Shown here: positions 53,901 to 60,002 of the stretch, piece by piece
How positions within the stretch are numbered: the stretch's first letter is position 1
Layout of the letters: each line of letters opens with the position of its first letter
NCBI RefSeq assembly: GCF_000150275.1
Contig: NW_002060973.1
Location: 493,956-553,957, forward strand
Length of the DNA stretch: 60,002 nt
Direction: 5' to 3'
Source: Trichoplax adhaerens
Taxonomy: Eukaryota > Animalia > Placozoa
Position numbers and translations under genes: made by a program
Notes under the pieces: generated by a model
Told to the model about the DNA's origin: nothing
Databases searched by the model: none
What the model saw: only the letters and a program-made list of their open reading frames with translations

Positions 53901-56900
53901 ATTGACTGGTATTCCAAATAACAGTAGTATAGGATAGAAATTACTCTCTCAATTCTAGTTGCAAGTTAGAGCTATTCCTAGCTGGTAACAGGTAGACTTA
54001 CGAGATAAAAAAATTCAACTTGCAATAATCTGAAATCTCTTTAACCTAAGTTTTTACATTAAAAATTGTTATTTGTAGCAAACCTTGTAAATTGCAGGAA
54101 CAATGACTTTAAATAATATTATAATCTTTGCTTATATGTTCTCAGACACATTGAAAATAATCGCCTTGATAAGCTGGACTTTCTTCATCCTCTACAAAAA
54201 TTAAAAATTCTGTAAGGACTGATATAAGTTTGACGAAGAATTGATGACGAGAGTATAAGTTCTCTATTGTATAAGATATTAGTCAATTTTTATCATGAAA
54301 TACATATTTTTAAACGTTGTCAAAACCAGCTTCGTGACAAAAATAACGTAAAAAATCGCTGAATTACTATAGTCTTCGGGATTCAGTATCCCTTAACTAT
54401 CTCAGAAGCATTTAGACGCCTTTGCTTCTACGTTAAACAGCTATAGAACTCTTCTTTTATTCAACTATCTGCAGAGCATAAATACCCTTCGACAGCTGCT
54501 ATCATGTATGAGTCATAAAAGTTCATAAAATTTAGTTCATGGTCGATAGCTATATTAATACAGACATTATTCATAATCTTAGACATGTTCTGAACGATTC
54601 TTGATAATAAGATTACAGTATGTTCGTACACAGAATTATTTATAGTATCATCTATAATTAAATATCTTCAGAATGTTCATCACCAGTGTTACAAGACATT
54701 ACAGTATGATCATTTATCATTAGTTGCCGAATAAGAACTCTTACTACATGTCACAAACTTATGTTGCGAACTACTACACTAAACTAATAGATTACTTTTG
54801 CCTTGCTCCACTACACCTGGAGATCTACTGTATGGTAGTTCTTTACTACTTTCGGTCACACAGGGATAAGACTGTTCTAAAAGATTAGTATAGTTTTTAT
54901 TAGTAGAGTTGCCGAGTACCTTCTCGTACACGATCTAATAAGGAACTCAGGAACTGAGCATTCGCTCGTCCTTTTATACCATTCCACTAAATTTATGGTG
55001 CACACATAGTAACTTGACAATATAAGATTTACATGATTTGTATACACGATAATCGCACGATAAGTGCGCGATAGTCACACGATAAATGTGCGATAATCGC
55101 ACGATAAATGCGCGATAATCGCACGATAAATGCGCGATAATCGCACGATAAATGCATGATAATCGCGCGTACGTAGCGGGTGCTAACGTATCGCCATTAT
55201 TAATATCTACTGTATATAGGCTCTACTAATTAATTGCAAATACAATTATGCCTTTTGTCGTCTAGCAATCTAGACATTAATATCTTAATTTCAATTATGC
55301 TTACCAATATGATCCATTAGCTAAATACTGACAAAATCTATTTAATTAGCAAGTACGGTGCTTTGCTCTGTAACACTAGAGTACAGCATAATTTACTGTA
55401 ACAAATAATAACTACCAAAGTTCTTACTGTAAATCATTATTAGTTATCTCCATATATAAATGTTAACAACTAAATTTAGTGATTTACTTTTCACGGTGGT
55501 TCGTATCGTGACAAACGTATCTACTAGTATTATCAAATTTTCGAAATAATTTGTGTCTATATTTTGGTAGAAAGATAAGATTTATTTAAACGGACAATTG
55601 GAGCTAGTAATATAGCTATATTGATTTATTTTCGAAATTTACTAAATATTCACTTCTTGGATTTTCATTTCGCTAGCCTAGCCTTTAAAAATCGAATAAG
55701 TGAACTGAAGAGTAGCTACTTCCAAAATTTAACCAATCTAATGCAATTGTAAGAGATAAGTAAATAATTCAATAGAATATTTTTTTCGGAGGCCTTTTTA
55801 CTATCATGAAATTAGTACAAGATCAGCCGCGAATAATGTAGGATTATTTATAAATAAAATAGATGCCGAATTAATTTCAAATTCTATTAAATGCTCCTAG
55901 AGATATCAGTTTTAACGAAATAAAATCTCTTGAAAATGGCATATTTAAAGGGTGTCAAGATATTGCAATCATGTAGGTTTCCATACGAGACTCAATTGAC
56001 TTGACTATCAGTCTTAAATAAAAAATCAATCCCCCTTTTCATGAATCGCAGAAAGATTTCCTATAGTTCTCTTATTAAATGATCATTAATATGTAATCCG
56101 CGGATATTTAGGAATCTGAATCATAATAAAATTTCTAGCATTGAAAAGAAAACTTTCCAAGGTTTATCGAAGTTATCTTCGCTGTATGTACTGAATTATT
56201 TTACCAGCTGTTACCAATGCGTATAAAATATTTTTACAATCTTGAAAACTAGCAAGCATTGTAACTGGCACTTTGATTTATTAGAGACCTCAGCTATAAT
56301 CGAATAACATCTTTGAAAGGAATATTTCATCCAGATTTAATTGAGTTAAATTCGTTGTAAGTAATCATTTCTTTATGAATTGGAGCTTCCTAGTACGGTT
56401 ACTCTCTATCCTATTCGTGGACAATTTTAGTTTGAGATTTTATTTGCTATAAGCTAAATCTTCTTTTAAGAAGTGCTTATTTTTAGGATAAATATTACAA
56501 TTCGACTTTTAAGTTTTACTCATTGGCCTCGAATCTTCTAATTTAAAGCGTTTTTTATATTCACACATGCGAAGAAAATGCGATGGAAATTTAATCTCTT
56601 CTTTAGCTGGATCACCGTTTTATAATTTAACTAAACTTGCTCATCTGTATGTTATTATTTAAAGGCTGCGCCAACTATCATATTATTAAATATAGTAGAA
56701 GGAATTAATATTTGCTAATCTAGAATGCATTTGAGTAACGAATTAATCATTCTGATGATAATATTTTGTCCTAGATCTCTTAATCACAATCAAATAGTAA
56801 AAATTAGCAACGGCAGCTTCACGAACTTAATTAGCATACGTAAACTGTAAGTCATTATTTCATTATGTGCGAATATAAGAATGCTAGCTGTGATTAGTAT

Positions 56901-59900
56901 ATATTATTATCTGAAGCAATAGTTGCAATTTTCTTCAAGTATACTATTTAAAATTTTTTTTCTACTTCTCAGATCGATTAATTATAACAAAATTTCTGTC
57001 TTGTCGTGCAATTCAATTTACAAAACCATTCAAGAATTGTAAGTTATATTAGAATGATATCGATAGCTGTAAGCCGATACTTTTGGAGATGAGATTTGCT
57101 AATTATTAATCAGTTTTGTTTGTTCACACTTAACGTGGTTATTTATGCAATGGATAGTTCTGAAGTGATTTTATCATTTTCTATGTCACTTAGGAGTGTA
57201 AACCATAATAATATATCCGGTTTCTCGCCAAGTTGTAGCGAAATTTTCTCCAGCATAAAAGACAGCTTGTAAGCAATTAGAATTTTATGTTTATTACTTG
57301 CCTTAAGCGCCGTTGTTATGAATTTTTTGATTCCACTTCTGTCTTCGTTCTTTCGATACAAAATTTGAAATAGTACTTTTCGTATATCAATTTAAAGGGA
57401 TATAAGCTATAATAATCTTGTATCGAATGGCATTAATATTTATAAGGAAGTTTTAATGAAATTGGCAAAGTTACCACCTACCCTGTAAGTATTTTAAAAC
57501 GTCTGAAAATAATACTATGAGTCTCGAAGATCCTTATTTAAAATACTGAGTATTTACGTAGCCTGTTGATTTGAAGCTATAAAGCTTGCATCTTAATTTT
57601 ACGTTGAATTCAATAACTAGACTATTAGCCGGCAACAATATTACGTCCATATCACCTTTATTTATGAAATGGAATATTTTCCTTAGAATATTGTAAGTGC
57701 TATCACTATTTCAGTATATTTACCTAACTTATATTTCTCATTAGTGTCAAATGCATACAAACTTAACGAGAAATATCCGCAGCTATGTATTTCAATGCCG
57801 CTGACAACCTTAAGCATTTCAGTATACTCACCATAACTAATACAATGTATCGCATTTACATTTAAATTTTTACTAACACATGAAGAAATATCGACAGATC
57901 TCTACTTCAATGCCTTTTACAATTCCTTCTTTAATTTGAAGATTAATAAGTAATTTAACACTCTATCGTTGGACTGGCTTCACCACTAATAAGAAAAACT
58001 TCCACATACATCAGATATGCAGTTACACTATCGAGTTGTAGTTCATACCTGGAACCACTAGCGCTCTACTAAAATGTACAAAATAGCTTTCGTTTGAGTG
58101 TAAATTACGTTATTCATTGAACAATAACCGATGAAGCTTCTAAAGCCGAATTACGGTGGTTTTTACGACTTGTCCAATCATAAATAATTATAATCAATGT
58201 AATCAAATATCTCTAAGCTATTGTAATAAAACATTGCATAAACGTAAATTATAATTAAATGTTCACATTTGGTAGTTTGACTGCGTTCCTTATTGGAACT
58301 TTGAAAAATATAAAACGACGGACTAACTAAACCGTTAACTTTAAGCTAGATTACTAGTTTATTAATAAATCCATAGGTCTATTGGCCACAACAACTTATC
58401 GCTATCTGCTATTAAAGAAATCATAAGAGGATTTTATATCACTAATTACTGTGTATCGCCAATTGGGCCTAATGACGATGCTAAGTGTTTTATTTACTCC
58501 ATGTAAGTCTAGAAGCTAAAATTTATTTTATCATAAATGTAGATATGTCAGTGAAGCAACGAAAACATTCCTATGTTTTATACTAACATAATTTTCTTGC
58601 TGCTTTTATTTTCTGGATTCATTTTATTTATTTGGCGCAGTGACTTGAGCTACAGCAAATTAACAGAAATCCCATCCAATATATTTGTTCATCTACGTGG
58701 ATTTTTAAGAGTCCTGTAAGTCGTTTCACATAATTGCTAGAGTTGACCAAACCCAAATTAAAATATTAATTATCCTACGAGGCGATTAATAGAAATAGAA
58801 CTATTCAGCTTTCTCGACTACTATTAATTAGCTCGCCTTGTTTAATTCCCAACATGTTTGAAGGCAGTGAATAAGCGCAGCTTTTCAAATTAAACTAAAT
58901 AATCGAGAAATGGATTATACGGTTGTAGTTCAGTTTTTTAAAATATTGTAAGAACTATCGTATTAAATATTACGGGATAGCAATGTACTGGATCGTTATC
59001 TTTATTTTTTCTTTCGATATCTTATAATAGGAATCTCAATAATAACGCCATAAAACATTTTGATGCCTCCGCTATATTTCGTGATAGTGAAAAGAACTTA
59101 CAAGAACTGTGAGTTAACTTTGAAACTGTTTAAATATTCATCTTTTAATGATTGTAACAAATTGGATAGAGTATAAAATTGTACTGAACTCTTGACTGAT
59201 GATGAGATAGTTTGAATACTGTATTACTATGTGTTTGAAACTGTTACTGAAAGGCCGAAGTTTTTCCCAAGATTTGCATTTTACCGATACTTTAAGATAA
59301 GGCGTTTAAATGTAGCTACATGTATGAATGGTCGATTTATGTGATAAGTTATGAACTTTAAAAGTAGTAGTAGGACTATCATAAAAATATCAATAATATT
59401 TTCAATATTTTCTTGCTTTCTTTCAATGCCATTTAATAGAAAAGAGTTTTTCAAATAATCAATTATTGAGTATCGCTTTCATTATGTGAAACGTATTTTT
59501 GTAATGTAGCAAAATGTACTTATATCAATGATATATTACATTAATAAAAACTTCTGCAGACATTTGGCTCATAATGCAATAGCCGAAGTAACTAATCCTA
59601 ATAACGTCCAATTTAATGCACTGAAAATAATGTATGTATAAAATTCGTCTTTAATTATACATGAAGATGCGAAAGTATATTTCTTACACGTTCAGTATTA
59701 TGCGGAATTTACGTAGGAACTTGAATCAGAACACACTCTCCAACATTTGCGGAAGGTCAAACGTACTCGGAATTGCTCCTAACTTACAGAAATTGTTAAG
59801 TTTGACTTTGAATAAAGTGATATTTTCTGCATTTTTTATTATTCTTCAAGTTTAACTTACTACTATATGAAATGTAAATTTTAGATATTTGGATTTCAAC

Positions 59901-59956
59901 AAAATAAGAATTTTGAAAAGTAGATGTTTCAGGACACTTTTCAAATTACAACTACT
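32862..59956 (+). CDS. Giant LRR-containing GPCR, paralog 2; spliced, last LRR and 7TM exon expected beyond the window end
   Basis: Exons 32862-32925 (signal peptide), 36649-36766 (LRRNT), then 58 LRR exons: 37167-37238,37412-37486,37952-38023,38348-38419,38735-38806,38980-39054,39423-39494,39674-39745,40427-40498,40675-40749,41036-41107,41287-41361,41611-41682,41825-41899,43353-43424,44197-44268,44378-44449,44636-44707,45624-45695,45797-45868,46012-46083,46209-46280,47742-47813,47927-47998,48089-48160,48273-48344,48463-48534,48745-48822,49067-49138,49257-49328,49502-49573,50377-50448,50955-51026,51185-51256,51348-51419,51624-51695,51798-51872,52211-52276,52451-52522,52781-52861,52963-53034,54146-54211,55677-55748,55901-55972,56112-56183,56285-56356,56575-56646,56775-56846,56973-57038,57194-57268,57398-57484,57621-57692,58377-58502,58641-58715,59031-59108,59560-59631,59717-59794,59885-59956. 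From 41036 on, exons match paralog 1 one-to-one. The GPCR call rests on that paralogy. Confidence 0.9.
34693..35931 (-). mobile_element. Solo-LTR-like element F (about 612 bp net), nested in E
   Basis: TATCAC...GTAAACA with perfect TSD gtatc/gtatc; absent from the uninterrupted E copy. Confidence 0.82.
35253..35874 (-). mobile_element. Solo-LTR-like element, family A, nested inside element F
   Basis: TGTCACA...TGTCACA with perfect TSD gtaag/gtaag. Confidence 0.9.
36649..36766 (+). CDS. LRR N-terminal cap (LRRNT) exon of paralog 2
   Basis: (A)VSPCPQSCSCPIDSVINCQNPLMTTFPILTKVMDKVTTL: CPxxCxC..C LRRNT signature; tttgcag acceptor, gtaagt donor. Confidence 0.9.
42400..42894 (+). mobile_element. 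Solo-LTR-like element, family C (diverged)
   Basis: TGTCACGGTAC...TTTGTGACA, flanks actat/aatat; TATTTAAG at about 42728. Confidence 0.82.
46456..47034 (-). mobile_element. Probable solo-LTR-like element (single copy)
   Basis: TGTCATAAAC...CGTGACT, flanks ctact/ttact. Confidence 0.5.
47104..47454 (+). mobile_element. Probable solo-LTR-like element related to D
   Basis: TATTACGGT...TTTGTGACA, flanks tgtat/tatat; GTATAAAAGGAGCGAG resembles the TATA region of D. Confidence 0.55.
49637..50205 (+). mobile_element. Solo-LTR-like element, family A (internal deletion)
   Basis: TGTTACA...TGTAACA with perfect TSD gtatg/gtatg; TATATAAA near 50021. Confidence 0.88.
53370..53990 (-). mobile_element. 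Solo-LTR-like element, family E (uninterrupted)
   Basis: CGTCACGAAA...GGTAACA, flanks gttag/ggtag. Confidence 0.85.
54749..55375 (-). mobile_element. Solo-LTR-like element D, nested in C, carrying a minisatellite
   Basis: TGTCACA...TGTAACA, flanks ctaca/ctaga; TATAAAAG on the minus strand near 54975. Confidence 0.82.
55045..55169. repeat. Minisatellite: 22-bp unit CGATAATCGCACGATAAATGCG (two 11-bp subunits), about 5.5 copies
   Basis: Directly visible tandem repeat. Confidence 0.95.
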
Positions 59957-60002
59957 GTAAGTATTTCATTTCTTAGAAAAATTAGCAAGAATAAATAAAT
60001 TG

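Larger units (their letters stand above)
54318..55513 (-). mobile_element. Solo-LTR-like element, family C, split by nested element D
   Basis: Collinear with 4565-5133 on both sides of a 627-bp insert; perfect TSD aacgt/aacgt. Confidence 0.88.

Noticed and set aside
55045-55169. Tandem repeat as a CRISPR array
   Set aside because: No unique spacers, eukaryotic context and no cas genes.
107-57361. Remaining short ORFs in the track (e.g. 107-439, 2316-2534, 29728-30000, 36824-37126, 41717-41971, 57143-57361)
   Set aside because: No recognisable motifs; they are antisense shadows of LRR exons, pieces of repeats or AT-rich chance frames. 51156-51341 and 59661-59855 merely contain single LRR exons.

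Overview
AT-rich eukaryotic (animal) genomic DNA; the short introns and gene type suggest an early-branching metazoan such as a placozoan, which is inference only. Two tandem + strand paralogous genes encode giant leucine-rich-repeat GPCRs of the RXFP/GRL101-like (type C LGR) class. Gene 1 is 5'-truncated by the window, with 49 LRR exons and one terminal hinge+7TM exon ending at 29626. Gene 2 starts at 32862 with a signal peptide and LRRNT, followed by 58 LRR exons, and runs off the 3' end. Each LRR is one symmetric phase-2 exon (mostly 72 nt), and the two genes match exon for exon, implying about 59 LRRs and about 2,000 aa per receptor. The introns and intergenic spacer hold about 24 non-coding 350-650 bp elements from several families, with TG..CA-type ends, 5-bp target-site duplications (TSDs), TATA+AATAAA motifs and often a terminal hairpin. 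They look like solo LTRs, are repeatedly nested (up to three deep), and no internal retroelement sequence is visible. Apart from 28184..29626 and two ORFs that include single LRR exons, the ORF track is essentially spurious. Coordinates were read by eye and may be off by a base or two.
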